Assembly: GCA_028534125.1 (NCBI GenBank)
Contig: CM052817.1
Location: 96,970,001 to 97,034,000 of the forward strand
Source: Lama glama
Lineage: Eukaryota
DNA length: 64,000 nt
Direction of reading: 5' to 3'
Shown: positions 51,480 to 63,881 of the stretch, one piece after another
Layout of the letters: every line of letters begins with the position of its first letter
Numbering within the stretch: position 1 is the first letter of the stretch
Notes under the pieces: generated by a model
What the model saw: the letters and a program-made list of their open reading frames with translations, nothing else
What the model was told of the DNA's origin: nothing
Databases searched by the model: none
Translations under genes and position numbers: made by a program

Positions 51480-52108
51480 GGCCCTTTCTCTCTCACCCAC
51501 ATCTGGACCATCAGTTGTATGTCTTCCTCAGCTTCAGAATAGTCTCAGAGCATGGCCACTTCACCTGACCTCCACTCCATCACCCTGGCCAGAATGTGGG
51601 CATATCTCACACAGATCTCTGCAGGGACCTCCCTGCTCCCCACAAGGCATTTCTACAGTCTGTTTTCCGTGGGACAGGCAGTGAGCCATCGTGTGGCTTG
51701 TCTTTGAACACTAGGGGCCATGCCACCGTCCTCACACCCACGTGGCTGCCTTGCTCGGGCTGGACTCTGTGTTGAGAGTCTGTGCTTTTGTTCATCCTTC
51801 TGCCTGGATCTCCCTGCCTCTCTCCTCCAAATAGTCTTCCAAACACTCTCCACTCAGACTTCCCCTTACTAGAGAAGTCTTCCGACTATCTTACTTAGAG
51901 TGTCTGTTCCCCTTACTCTGCTTTTTCCCCCCCTTACTCTTACCACAGCCATTTGCCTTACTGCCTGTTCAGTTGTTAATGTGGCTTCTTCCAACAGGAT
52001 GTAAGCTCCTTGCAGGTAAAATCATTGTTCTGTTTGGTACTCTGTCCCCAGTGCTTAGAATCGGACTTGTCAGTGAGTAGGCACTTAATAAATATTTATT
52101 GAATGAAC
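51480..52108 (+). mobile_element. L2 3' remnant
   Basis: TGTAAGCTCCTTGCAGG...GTAGGCACTTAATAAATATTTATTGAATGAA, the canonical L2 terminus. Confidence 0.8.
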
Positions 52109-52874
52109 AGGCGTGAGAGGCTTGCACGGTGAGCTTGGGCTTCGACTGTTTCATCATTTCCAAAGATAATTAAGCTCTGCATTGGCAATTTGAGGAGACT
52201 CTCAAGTTGAATCATTTCACGTTTACTGAGATTACATATCCTTTCCTGTCTTGCTCTCTACAAACATGCCAGCTCCCACCTGACATGTCTGTTGCAAGCA
52301 TGCAGGCCTTAAGAAGGGGGATGCTCTTCAAAGGGAAACAGGTTCGATGTGGATTTTGGCTGCTTTTGGCAGTGGCTAGTGCACTGCTGATCTTTAGTGA
52401 ATTGAGTTGAAGGGCTCAAGGGATTAATAAAGGTTGCTGAAAGTGGTCCTCAGCCTGGGCATGGAAACTTGTTATCCCTTCTTTCCTCTTGTTTCCAAGG
52501 AAAATGACAGGAGAAAATTGGCAAAAAACCAGGCTGGCAGTTTTGGTAATTCTATTATGATCTTTATCTAGAGCTCTATGTTTCTTGAGCACAGTAACTA
52601 CTGCCTCCATCACATCCCTAAATTCTGATTAATATTTGTGCTAGAACAAGAATTAGATAATTGAGAAAATTCCTTTACTGCTGAATTTTGATGTGTATTT
52701 TTGTTTCCTGAGTAGTCAAATAATTTTATTGCAATAAATATGACTAGAAAAATAGGCCCTTTGGATATCTTTGAGTGATCTACTCTCATTATGTATATTT
52801 ACAGGAGGAATGGTCAGAAATGAGATATTCATCAAATTGAAATTGTATGTTTGTTAAAAATGACTTTTGCTTGG

Positions 52875-53970
52875 TGTAGCAGACCATGTGTGTTTTCCAG
52901 CACCACCAAGCAGTTAACTCAATTCTGACACTGTCTGCCTGGACATGGCATCAAATCTTACAGGTTTATGGCTCAGTCCTACAAGATTGCCCCACTTCTG
53001 ACACCAGTTGCAAGTCCTTGTTACCTGTGCTTCTAACTGACTATATCACTATAACTATAAGTGTGTGTGTATGTGTGTGTATATATATATATATAAATAT
53101 ATATAAAAAACTATATAAATAAGAGGTTCCTGTGACTCCTTCCTTGGGTTTGAGTAATTTGCTAGAGTGGCTCATGGAACTCAGAAATATTTACGTAAGT
53201 TTTCTAGCTTACTATAAAGGATGAGACAGAGGATACAGATGAACAGCCAGATGAAGAAGTACACAGGGTGGGGTCTGGAAGGGTCCCAAGTGCAGAAACT
53301 TCTGACCTCCTGGAACTGAGGTTCTTCATTCTCTGGGTAAGTGGACGGGTTTTCTGGTGACCTGAAATAAATAGATGGCCTGATATTTCTCTAGTAAAGA
53401 TGGGTTTACTTGGGATCAGTTTGCGGTCTGCAAGTGTGGCAAGCCATGTGCAAGTTCCCCCAGGGCAAGGGAAGCAGCACCCTTTTATAGAGAGGAAAAG
53501 GAAGTTGTAGTAGGCAAAGAGGCGGTGGCTTTTCACTGGCTGCGTCCTTGCTAGGGAAGAAGAGCAGTCCCCCTCCTTCCTGTTGGGCTCTGCTCCTGTC
53601 GCAGGCTGCGAGAGCTCCCCCTTCTGGTCTCCCAGCTCTGTTTAATTGAGGTTTCTGTGTATTAATTTTTCACGGACGCTCATGAACTGCTGCTCAGGAG
53701 TTTTTATAGAGCTTAATCTGTAGTGCTTCCCCATTCCCAGAGGTTGAGGGGTGGGGCCGAAAGTTCCAACCCTCTGATCAGTTGGTCTTCCGGGTGCTAT
53801 CTTGGGGCCTCACCCTAAGTGACCTCATTAGCTTAAATTCAAGTGTTCTCAAGACAGGCTCCTTACAGATGACAAAAGACACTTCCCTCACTCAGGAAAC
53901 TCCCAGGGCTTTAGGAGGTTTGTTGCGGGAACCTGGGACAGAGACCAGATACATTTCCTATTATACCACA
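52875..53970. mobile_element. MER21-like LTR element interrupted by a second LTR
   Basis: AATTCTGACACT...GGCTCAGTCCTACAAGATTGCCCCACTTCTGACACCAGTTGCAAGTCC and GATGAACAGCCAGATGAAGA; ends TATTATACCACA. Confidence 0.8.
53355..53674 (-). mobile_element. ERV1-type solo LTR nested in the MER21-like element
   Basis: Minus strand starts GTGAAAAATTAATACACAGAAACCTCAATTAAA, has a TATA box CTATAAAAGG and ends TTTATTTCAGGTCACCA. Confidence 0.65.
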
Positions 53971-54194
53971 TGAGTAGTGATTGAGTCAGGCTAAAGGTCT
54001 GTGCTGCTAGGCATAATTTGGGTGTCTGTAAATTATGGGTTATTGACACTATGAAGGATTCTGGTGATTTAATCATGCACAGCAGTTCTGAATGCTCAGA
54101 ACATTAGGAGGCTATTGATAGAGGCTGACCAGTGATGCTGGGGTAATTGCAGTAGCACAACCAGGAGAGAGAATCCACTAAAAAAAAAATGGCA

Positions 54195-54230
54195 GGGGGA
54201 AGATGTAGCTCAGTGGTAGAGTGCATGCTT
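54195..54230 (+). mobile_element. 5'-only fragment of a vic-1-like SINE
   Basis: GGGGGAAGATGTAGCTCAGTGGTAGAGTGCATGCTT, then an abrupt end with no B-box or tail. Confidence 0.75.
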
Positions 54231-54310
54231 CTCACTTTGGCTTAGCTAATAAACACTGTTATTTATTACATTTAAACGTTACTTTAAAAATCACTGGATG
54301 ACAAAAAAAA

Positions 54311-54542
54311 TTGCATCAATGTTTTGTAGTTCTCCATATATAAGTCTTTCACCTCCTTGGTCATATTTATTCCTAAGTATTTTATTCTTTTGGCTACGAT
54401 TTTAAAAGGGATTGTCTCTTTACTCTCTTTTCTTGTCGATGCATTGTTAGTGTAAAGAAGTGCAACTGATTTTTGTACGTTAATCTTGTATCCTGCTACC
54501 TTGCCAAATTCTTTCATTAGCTCTAGCAGTGTTTGTGTGGAG
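54311..54542 (-). mobile_element. Internal L1 ORF2 (RT region) fragment
   Basis: ORF 54284-54517 EFGKVAGYKINVQKS...KRIKYLGINMTKEVKDLY matches the L1 ORF2 reverse-transcriptase region. Confidence 0.92.
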
Positions 54543-54584
54543 AAAACTTATTACATGTTAGATAAATTTTTTTCCCAAAAATTA

Positions 54585-55490
54585 AAAAATTTTTGTTGTG
54601 GTAAAATAGATATAACAGAAAATGTATGATTTCAACCATTGACAAGTTTACAGTTAGTTCAGTGTCATGAAGAACAGTTACATTGTTGTGCAACCAGTCA
54701 CCACTTTTCATCTGTAGAACCCTTTTCAGCTCACAGTGCTGAAACTCTATGTGCATTAAACAGTAGCTCCCCATCCCCTGTCTTCCCACCTCCAGGCCAC
54801 CATTCAGCTTCCTGTCTCTGTGAATTTCACTGTTCCAGGCACCTCATATCAGTGGAATTGTACAGTATTTGTCCTGTTGTGACTGGCTTACTTCACTTAG
54901 CATAGTGTGCTCAGAGTTCATCCTCGTTGTAGCAGGTGTCAGAATTTCCTTCCTTTTTGAGGCTAAAAAACATTCCATTATCTGTATTGACCACATTTTG
55001 TTTGTTCATGTGTCGGTGGACACTTCAGTTGCTTCTACCATTTAGCTCTTGTGAATAACACTGCTCTGAATGTGGGTGTGCCAGTATCTGTTTGAGTCCC
55101 TGCTTTCGTTCTTGGGAGTATACACGCAGAGATGGAATTACTGGAGTGTTTGGTAGTTCTATTGTTAATCTTCTTGGAGAATTGCCGTACTGTTTTCCAC
55201 AGCAGCTGCATCATTTTACATTCTAACCCGCAGTGCACAAAGCTTCAGTTTCTCCACATCGTCAGCAACTTGTTTTTTCTTTTTTTGGATAGATTCTTTT
55301 CCTTCTTTCTTTTTTGATAAGTTTGTGTTTCTTTTTCCTTCTCTTTTCTTTCTTCTCCTTCCTTCCTTCCGTCCTTCCTTCCTTCCTTCCATAAATGTGG
55401 GTTGGTACCTTGTGGTTTTGATTTGTATTTCCCTAATGATGAGTGATGTTGAGCATCTTTCCATGTGCTTAGATATGGCCTCTTTGGATA
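54585..55490 (-). mobile_element. L1 (L1MB-like) 3' portion containing a (TTCC)n tract
   Basis: TTGTTGTGGTAAAATAGATATAACA, GACTGGCTTACTTCACTTAGCATAGTG and CCCTAATGATGAGTGATGTTGAGCATCTTT; TTCC repeats at about 55357-55390. Confidence 0.85.
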
Positions 55491-56037
55491 AATGTCCAGA
55501 TAAATACTTGTAAAAGTAAAATTAGTCACGTTAGGAAATACACGATGCCTTGTAGGAACTGTCTTGAGGACAAGCGGCTTCTCCGCTGTTCCTCCCTGGA
55601 GCCGTGCTCCTCTTCCAGGTCCTTTCTCGTTAGACAAGATAAGCTGGAACCATTTTTTGGAGTAGTGTCCTGAAACCATCTGGTGCCTGTTCCCTCCCGG
55701 TAGATGGGACCTTGTCAGGGCTTAGGAGCATGACTGCCTGCAGACGGGCTTCCTGCTCAGGCCTGCCTGTGAGAGCCAAGTTCGTGAGCTGGTGCCACGG
55801 GCACCTCTTCCTCACCTGCTGCCTTCACTCACGAGTGCTGAGGTGACCGGGATTTGCTCAACTCCCTTCCCTAGGCCACTTCATTCCTAGGGGATTTGTT
55901 ACTGGAAATAATGTTGATGTAATTTGGGTTCTGTGTATGGGGCCACTGTGGGTGTCACTTGTGGTTAGGGTAGGTTTTTCACAAAGAGCTTAGCAGTGTG
56001 ATTGCCAGTCCTTTGGGGTCTACCTCGTCACAGAGAA

Positions 56038-56265
56038 CAGGAATTGGCAACGTTTCTCTGCAGAGAGTCAGATAGTAAACATTGTATTAGACTTAGGAAG
56101 ACCACAAGGTTCCTCTCAACTACTCAGTCTCTTGAAATAATCAGCTACTATAGCAGGAAAGAAGTCATGGAAGACACACGCATCAGTAGTCATGACTAGA
56201 GTCCAGTCCAACCTCACTTACAGGCGGCGGGCCACGTCTGGCCCCTAGACTGTAGCTTAGCAGAG
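56038..56265. mobile_element. MER58A-like hAT DNA transposon
   Basis: CAGGAATTGGCAAC...CAGATAGTAAACATT...CAGGCGGCGGGCCACGTCTGGCCC...TGTAGCTTAGC. Confidence 0.7.
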
Positions 56266-56311
56266 CTGGGGTAAATCTTTAATTTGACCAGCCTCCATTG
56301 TTTTAACACAG

Positions 56312-56422
56312 GCAGATATCCAAGTGGAACAAAACCGGCAACACTTTTACGAACTGTCTCTTGAATACGTATGCAAGCTTCAGGAAATCCAAGAAAGGAA
56401 GAAGTTTGAGTTTGTGGAACCT
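56312..56422 (+). CDS. ARHGAP10: ARHGAP10 coding exon 6, BAR domain, 111 bp
   Basis: acacag|GCA GAT ATC...GAA CCT|gtaagt encodes [37 protein letters not shown]. Confidence 0.97.
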
Positions 56423-58307
56423 GTAAGTATATAATAATAGCAAGTTGTTCTGCTAGTCGAATTATGGATGAAGTAAGAATTTTTTCTTTCAAGATCTAAT
56501 GTATGGTTGCTAGAGTCTGTAATGCATAAACATGAAGCAAGACACCGTACTGTGTAAACAGCGGACCCAGATAGCCATGAAGTTGAAGAATCACCTCTAA
56601 ATAGTGGTTCTCTGCCTTCTTTGCACAGCAGCGTGCAGTGCAGTTTCCTCTTGCTACGTGGTCTCCAGGACTCTGCAGTTAGGTCAGTTTCTGCTACCCT
56701 AGTGGTGACTCCACCCTTAAAAGAAATCCCCTTGAAAGAAATTATATTGGAATGTGAGTGAGAGTGTTGGTGTTTTGGGGATAATCCCCCCTCTACTCAA
56801 ATTTGTTTTTAAAGCAAGGGCACCAGTCCAGACTTTGAAACTTTCAACAATGATTGGTAACATTATTTCTAATACAGTTCACAGTGCTTATGCAATTTAA
56901 GAACCAGTGCATGGAGCTTTTGAAACTGTTTTGTGAGTTGCCCTGACGTTTCTTTATACTTATTTTAGAAACATATGGTTTTCATTTGTGCTTCTATAGA
57001 TGTGCTCTTGATTGCTGCAGTTACTTAGATATGAATAAATGTATTCTGAATCCAAATGTAAAGGGCATTTCATACTGTGGGTTTTGGAAAAAACATATAT
57101 AGGTACACTGAGATTCCTGATTCTCAAAAGATTCATTTTAATTTTAATATAGACTATCTTACATATGATTGAAAAAACCTAGCTTTCTGGAGATAGAATT
57201 CACACGCAGTACAATTTACCCATTGTGTGTATGATTTTGAGAAACAAACAGTAATGATTAATTCAAAATTAGCAGTTAAATCAACTACATGTCAATAAAA
57301 AACAAAATTAAAAAAAATTAGCTTTTGTGGAAGCTGTGGGCCAGTGGAGTAATAGCATTAATGTAAACAAAGAAAACCTCCTTAAAGCTTTCTTTTCATG
57401 TGAAATTAGAAAAATGGCCTACATTTATTGAGCACTTCCAGTGCTCGGTTATTACTCAGGTCATTGTTTTAAATACTTTACTGTGATCTTGCGTGTATTC
57501 CAAACAGTAACTCCTTAAGGAGATATCTTTATTATCCTACTTAGCAAATGTAGAAATTAGAGAAACTTCAGTAACTTGCCCATCTGACATCGCTGAAGTT
57601 GGGAGTTGACCCCTGCTGGCCAGAGTCCCAAATTCCTAACCATTAAACTGCGTGACCTTCTGGAGAAAATGAATTTCAGGATTTCTTTCACCCTCACCCC
57701 AAATCCCTCTTACTCTAGATTTACTCACATGTGGGACAGAAGCAGCTGCTTTCTTATCAAGAGCCTCTGGTGGAGAGTTTGTGGGAAACTCAGGGCTTAA
57801 TAACTGCCCCATCTCTGCCCTACTCCCTGCCCTAGTCCCTGAGCATCCTTGTCAACAAAACAGGTTGCTCTGCACTGAATGCTCCTTCAGAGAGCCTTTA
57901 GCTCTTTGTTCTGCATTTCACTGTCCTTATAGGTTCTGTCGCCTTACAGTGATAACGATTTCAATTATAAATGCACGTAGGGGGTCTCTTGATCTAAAAA
58001 AAAAAGCACAAATGGCTAATGTAGAATTCCATTTCTCCTATACAGCATACTATCAAAGCTGCCTAAATGGCTGTGATATTTAGGGGAAAAAAAAAATCAC
58101 AAGTCCTTCAGTTTTTATAGGGACCGATTTGTGAATAATAAGCAGTTAGATTTAATTGAATTCTAGTGACTTCCTTTTAATTATTTTACTTCAATAGAAT
58201 CACAATAAGGTGACGAGAAATAAGTGGCTGTTTTTATTTACTTTTTTCTCCTGAGATTTTTATTTGTGTGTGTGTGTGTTAATGTTTCTTTTTCTCCTTT
58301 GTTTTAG

Positions 58308-58412
58308 ATGCTGTCATTTTTTCAGGGAATGTTTACTTTCTATCATCAGGGCCATGAACTTGCCAAAGACTTTAATCACTACAAAATGGAACTGCAGATC
58401 AACATTCAGAAT
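58308..58412 (+). CDS. ARHGAP10: ARHGAP10 coding exon 7, BAR domain, 105 bp
   Basis: Polypyrimidine tract then ttttag|ATG CTG TCA...CAG AAT|gtaagg; encodes [35 protein letters not shown]. Confidence 0.97.
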
Positions 58413-58607
58413 GTAAGGAAGTGAACACTTTCTCATACAAAAAGGTGTTTGAGACGTGTATTTTTGTTTTATTTGGTATATGAAAGGCTTAAACTGAGAC
58501 CAGGCTGATCTGTCGGTACTGAGAAACTGAGGCTACGTCGCCACCTTCCGGTCAGTTCTCAGCAGAACAAACTGCTCTCCATCTAAGTGAGGCTCACGCA
58601 GTTAGTT

Positions 58608-58622
58608 CTGCCACCTGGCGGC
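58608..58622 (-). promoter_or_regulatory. Candidate CTCF binding site
   Basis: Minus strand GCCGCCAGGTGGCAG fits the CTCF core CC(A/G)(C/G)(C/T)AG(A/G)(G/T)GGC(A/G); motif match only. Confidence 0.55.
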
Positions 58623-58739
58623 TCTTAAAAAAAATTCATTTCATGTAATTTATTTTTCTTCCCTTATTTTCAGAAAAGTCACAAAGTATGTTTTTATAAT
58701 CAGAATTTTGCATAATTTGCTTCATTGTTAATTTTCCAG

Positions 58740-58965
58740 GTTAATTGCGATATAATTAACGCACAACAGCACTTGTAAAGTTGAAGGGGTACAGCATAAT
58801 GGCTTGGCTTACGTGTATTGTGAAATGATCTCCACGATAAGTTTAGTAAATACCTATCACCTCATACAGTTACAAATTTTTTTTTCTTTGTGATGATAAC
58901 TTTGAGTGTCTACTCTCTTAGCAACTTTGAAACATACACGGCAGTGTCAACTAGCCATCTTGCAC
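58740..58965 (-). mobile_element. L1 3' end remnant (L1MA9-like)
   Basis: TATTGTGAAATGATCTCCACGATAAGTTTAGT...TCTACTCTCTTAGCAACTTTGAAACATAC. Confidence 0.75.
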
Positions 58966-60313
58966 TTTGTAGGATGGTTTTAAGGATAAGCTTTGTTGGG
59001 TAGCCCTAAATTCACCATGTGTGACATACAGACAAACAGCCCTCCACTTTAGATTGAAGGCATTTCAGTTATAGTCTCTGTTACCTGTATGTATTACTTG
59101 ATTTTTATTCCCAGATAGGCTTACATTTCCAGTGGAATTTCTTTCCTGGGTTTTATGCATTTCCACTAACATACTGGTGTTCACAGTTGCTGTTGGTCTC
59201 TATTATTTTCCTAAAAAACGTATGCCTTCTGTTAGGTCTTGGATAAAGAAATTTTGGAGAACTTTATTGACTAAACAGAATGATGTATGTGATCTTGATC
59301 AGAAGATGATAGATGTTTTTCCTTTAAACACTTCAGTTGATTTTGGAAGTGTCCTCATTGAAAAGCTGTTCAGGTTATGTTTAGTGTAATTTCAAAAGTT
59401 ATTAGAAATATAGGGAGTGAGTTTTGGGACCAACTCCCAACACACCCTGGAAGACATACAAGTAGAAGAATGGGAATCTCTTTGCTGTTTGCTACCTGAC
59501 CTTCAACGTTTTATAATCTTAGAAACTGAGGAGGAATGATTTTCATGTAGCTGTTGCTTCTAAGTTATTTTGGGATTGTTCCATACACTTAGGAATGTCG
59601 ATAATGAAATCTTCTGTGTTTTGTAATTCATGTGTCAATTTGTATTTAAAGATTGTACAGTCTTTCAACTGAATGACTAAAAGAGTAGATTCCTCCATTC
59701 ACCCCCCAAGATCAGTGATATAATGTAGCAGGTTTAAAAAATATATCAACGTATACAGGTGTAGATTAGTGCTCAGTTCAAAACTGTCTCTGTAAGCAGT
59801 AGAACTAGGTAGGTGGGTAGGTAGTAGTCTGGCCAATCTGTGATTTATGAGAATACTTTTGCAGACAGCAGAACAGTGTTATAAAAAAGAACGTTACATA
59901 GTTTAGCAGATGAGGCTATAATCCTGATTTTTCTTACTCTCCGCCAACTGGCTGTATTAGCTTGTAGAATCCATTTTTCTGTCTGTACCTCATCGGTCAA
60001 GTGTAGGGCTGGCCCGGATGAGGACCTTTAGGCAGAACTGAATCCCTGATTTGTGTAAAATGAGGAGGCAAGACCTCTTATTCAAAAATGAAGGATTTCA
60101 AGACAGCAACAGCCAAGCATTAAATTAAGTGCCCGACCTTCTGAGGCTACCTGCCTGTGAAGCCAGCTCCACCTCAAGGTCTGGGGTGAGGTGTGAGAAA
60201 CTACCCCTGCACGGCTGGCTTATGTGTGGCAGTTCGTTCATCACACACCCTTGGGGTCAGGAGGATATTGCTACTTTACATACAATACAGTGACTTCAGA
60301 AAGACCCAAGATT

Positions 60314-61238
60314 GATCTGTCTGTCTGTCTGTCTATCTGTTAAAATACTGTCAGTTACAATGTGTCAGTTTCTGGTGTACAACACAATGTCCCAGTCATG
60401 CATATACATACATATATTCACTTTCATATTTTTTTCATTAAAGGTTATTACAAGATATTGAACATAATTCCCTGTGCTATACAGCAGAAACTTGTTTTAA
60501 TCTATTTTTATATATAGTGGCAAACATTTGTACATTTCAAACTCCTAAATTTATCCTTCCCACCCCCTCTCCCCGGTAACCATAAGATTGTTTGCTATGT
60601 CTGCGAGTCTGTTTCTGTTTTGTAGATGAGTTCATAGTGTCCTTTTATTCTTTCTTTCTTTTTTTTTTTAAGATTCCACATGTGAGTGATGTCATAGTAT
60701 TTTTCTTTCTTTTTCTGGATTACTTCACAGAATGATAATCTCTAGGTCCATCCATGTTGCTGCAAATGGCATTATTTTATTCTTTTTTATGGCTGAGTAA
60801 TATTCCATTGTATAAATATACCACAATTTCTTTATTCATTCATCTGTCGATGGACACAGGTTTGTTTCCATGTCTTGGCTATTGTAAGTAGTGCTGCTGT
60901 GAACATTGAGGTGCAGGTGTCTTTTTGAATTAAGGTTCCCTCTGGATATATGCCCAAGAGTGGGATTGCTGAGTCATATGGTAAGTCTATTTTAAGTCTT
61001 TTGAGGAACCTCCATACTGTTTTCCACAGTGACTGCAGTAAACTGCATTCCCACCAGCAGTGTAGGAGGGTTCCTTGCCTTTTCTACACAGCCTCTCCAA
61101 CATTTATTGTTCATGGACTTTTGAGTGATGACCATTCTGACTGGTGTGAAGTGATACCTCATTATAATTTGGATTTGCATTTCTCTGATAATTAGTGATA
61201 CTGAGCATTTTTTCATGTGCCTTTTGGCTATTTGTATG
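60314..61238 (-). mobile_element. 5'-truncated L1 with 16-bp TSD and microsatellite tail
   Basis: ORF 60992-61216 ([15 protein letters not shown]...KCWRGC); TSD AGAAAGACC(C/T)AAGATT at 60298-60313 and 61239-61254. Confidence 0.94.
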
Positions 61239-62039
61239 AGAAAGACCTAAGATTTAAATGGGAATGAGCAACACTCAGGCATGAAATGCTATAAACAAAA
61301 TTTGAAGGCAGCTGTCTTTGAAATGATTCACCTGGTTAATATCCTTTGTATGTTAAGACCCTAACACACATGCGTGGTAACATTCGTTTCCCATAGAGAA
61401 ATGAGCAAAGAATAAAAAATACTCATTTTCTGTATCCCCTGTAACTTAAGGGTTGTCATTAGTATATTGCCCAATCCCCAACCTCTTCCCCAAACCCTCC
61501 TCTCTGCCTATGATTCTGGCTCTTTCTGAGGCTGATCCTGCGTCTCTACAGGTAGAGGCTCTTTCCCACCTCACCTTCCGTGTCGAGAACACCTGATCTA
61601 GGAGTCACCTTTGCTCTTCATTTTTGCTTCTAGCTAATTCTTTTCCCTTTAGAAAGACCAGCCCCTTGGAAACACATGAACACTCTCATGTGACCTGTTA
61701 TGATGCTTCCAGTCTAACATTACTATTACTTGATACTGCCCCATACACCTAGAATTTAGAATTAGAAATTGCCAGGTTCCAGCCACTCTATTGTTTGTGC
61801 TCAAATTTAAAAAATGTAATTTTCACTTTTACTCATAATTAACCTGAAACAATACATTAAAAAAAAAAGAGCAAAACCTAGCCTTCCCTTCCTGGTGCCG
61901 AGTCACAAGCATCTGAGGAAGGAGGGCAGTGAGGGCAGTGAGGGCAGGGGTACCATATGGAGGGTCTGCAGCAATGAAAGTGAGGGTGGGAGGGCATAGA
62001 GGCAGCATGCAGAGGAGGTGGCTGGACTATTTGGGAGAC

Positions 62040-62610
62040 TGGTTACATTGAGCAGATATGTTAATCGAGCAAATAAGTAAATATACTGAGAGTAATGGGA
62101 GCCAGATTTTTCACTGTCTGAAAACTGCAGAATTAGAAAAGGGTAATCTAGAAAGAAATCTGTATCCAAAGCAAGTATTGGATTGGAATTAAATGTCATA
62201 ATATGAACTCATGTGTTTTAAAATACACAGATAGATACAGAAGTTGTGATATGTATATGTACATATATATGTATGTCTGTGTATATATACACATATACAC
62301 ATTTCCTCAGTCTTTCTTCCAGGAAAACCTAGAAGCAGTGACACCCCCTTAGCTGTGAGCACGTTGTGCCTAGACCTTGGCTTCTAAATACTACCCACCA
62401 CTGAAGGGAATAAGGGCTCCTTTGGGAAATGGCTGATGTGAGGACTGGGCCAGAGGAGGTATAACGTAAACCTGGGGTACCCTTTTGGATCAGAAAGTAA
62501 GGGGTTACTCAAAAATTAAGAGTATGTCAAAAGACACAGGTGCCAGCTAGAAGGGATGCTTGCTGGTCAAATCCAGGATGATTTGAGCATTAACCTAAAT
62601 ACTGAGATGG
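62040..62610 (+). mobile_element. Old L1 (L1MC/MD-like) 3' region remnant
   Basis: TAATGGGAGCCAGATTTTTCACTGT, GGCTTCTAAATACTA and GGGCTCCTTTGGGAAATGGCTGAT motifs. Confidence 0.65.
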
Positions 62611-63191
62611 AACTCATGAGGTTAAACAGGACTGTGTGTGTGCTAGCATGTGTCATATATGGCATGCACATATGTGTGTATGTATGTATAGTTGTTAGAC
62701 ACAGAGATGGAATGAAGTGAGGATTGAGAGGAATCTCAGTATAGTGACGAAGAAGAATAAAATAAGGGTATAATCAGTATTAAGATGGGGACAAGAAATC
62801 CCAGAGGCATGAGAAGTGGGAAGGCAAGAGAGGGGACTGGCCATCAGCAAAGTGAGCCCCACCCTCTTTGCTGCCCTGTACTTTATATAAAGGAGTTAAA
62901 CCAAAAACCAAAAACCACCTCTCAGCTTGTGTTTAAAATAAGCCTCTGCAGTTAAGTTTCCCCTCTACAATCTACATTTATCAGACTCTCCATCCCCCTA
63001 AAATATGTGCCATTCTATCATTTTTCTGCATTTGGAACCCTTGGTAACCTCTTCCCTTGTAGGGAGGAGAGAGGAGAAATTTCAATAATAATTTTTCATC
63101 TCAGCTCCTCCGCAGTTGCACATCAGCAGTTTTTCGGTATTAATACAATTATTTTTGAGTGTGGATGAAAGAAATGTCCGGAAACTTGGCG

Positions 63192-63206
63192 GTGCTGACT
63201 CAGCAC
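63192..63206. promoter_or_regulatory. Perfect palindromic Maf recognition element (T-MARE) containing AP-1/ARE cores
   Basis: GTGCTGACTCAGCAC; positions 63193-63205 equal the consensus TGCTGACTCAGCA; motif match only. Confidence 0.6.
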
Positions 63207-63881
63207 GTTTGCCTGGGTAATTTTGTCACTTCACCTTGCATGTCCGTTTTCAGTCTAGCCGTTTGACAGAGATGTTGGCACCCCAAGTCCCCTGGGTTTC
63301 GGCAATGTGATTTGTCTCTTTAGGTATCAAAGACATTATTTATAGGTGAGGCTCCCCCACCCCCACCTTTTTCTATGAAGAAATGTCATTTTCAATTGCA
63401 ATTGCCACGACCTGAAAAAAATGACACCCATATTGATTAGTTTGCAAAGAAGAATTAAATTTCTCAGATTCTAAGTACTTAAACCTATTGCTAATGTGAT
63501 AGTAATGAGTCAGATTGATTGTTTCAAAGGAAAGACTTCCCATTTTTTGAAAACTTGTAAGATTTAGTAATATTGTGAGACCTGGAGGCAGGAATTCTTA
63601 TGTTGAATAATGGAGTTATTCTTGGTGTTAGAGCGTTTCCAAAGTAAATAACCTCTAGTAACCTTGATTTCTACTCCTCTATTAACTACATAACCACTTT
63701 TTTTTTTTCTATGAACAGCAGTCTCAACAGAGACCCACTGGAAAGGATGGGTATATTTTGAGAAATTAATAGGAAAATGCTACAAATTTTACTAGTTATC
63801 CAGAGACTTAAACATGTATGTGAAAAAGCTCATGTGAGAACTTAAAATTTATATATGTATTTTTTTTTCAATCTGTTTCAG

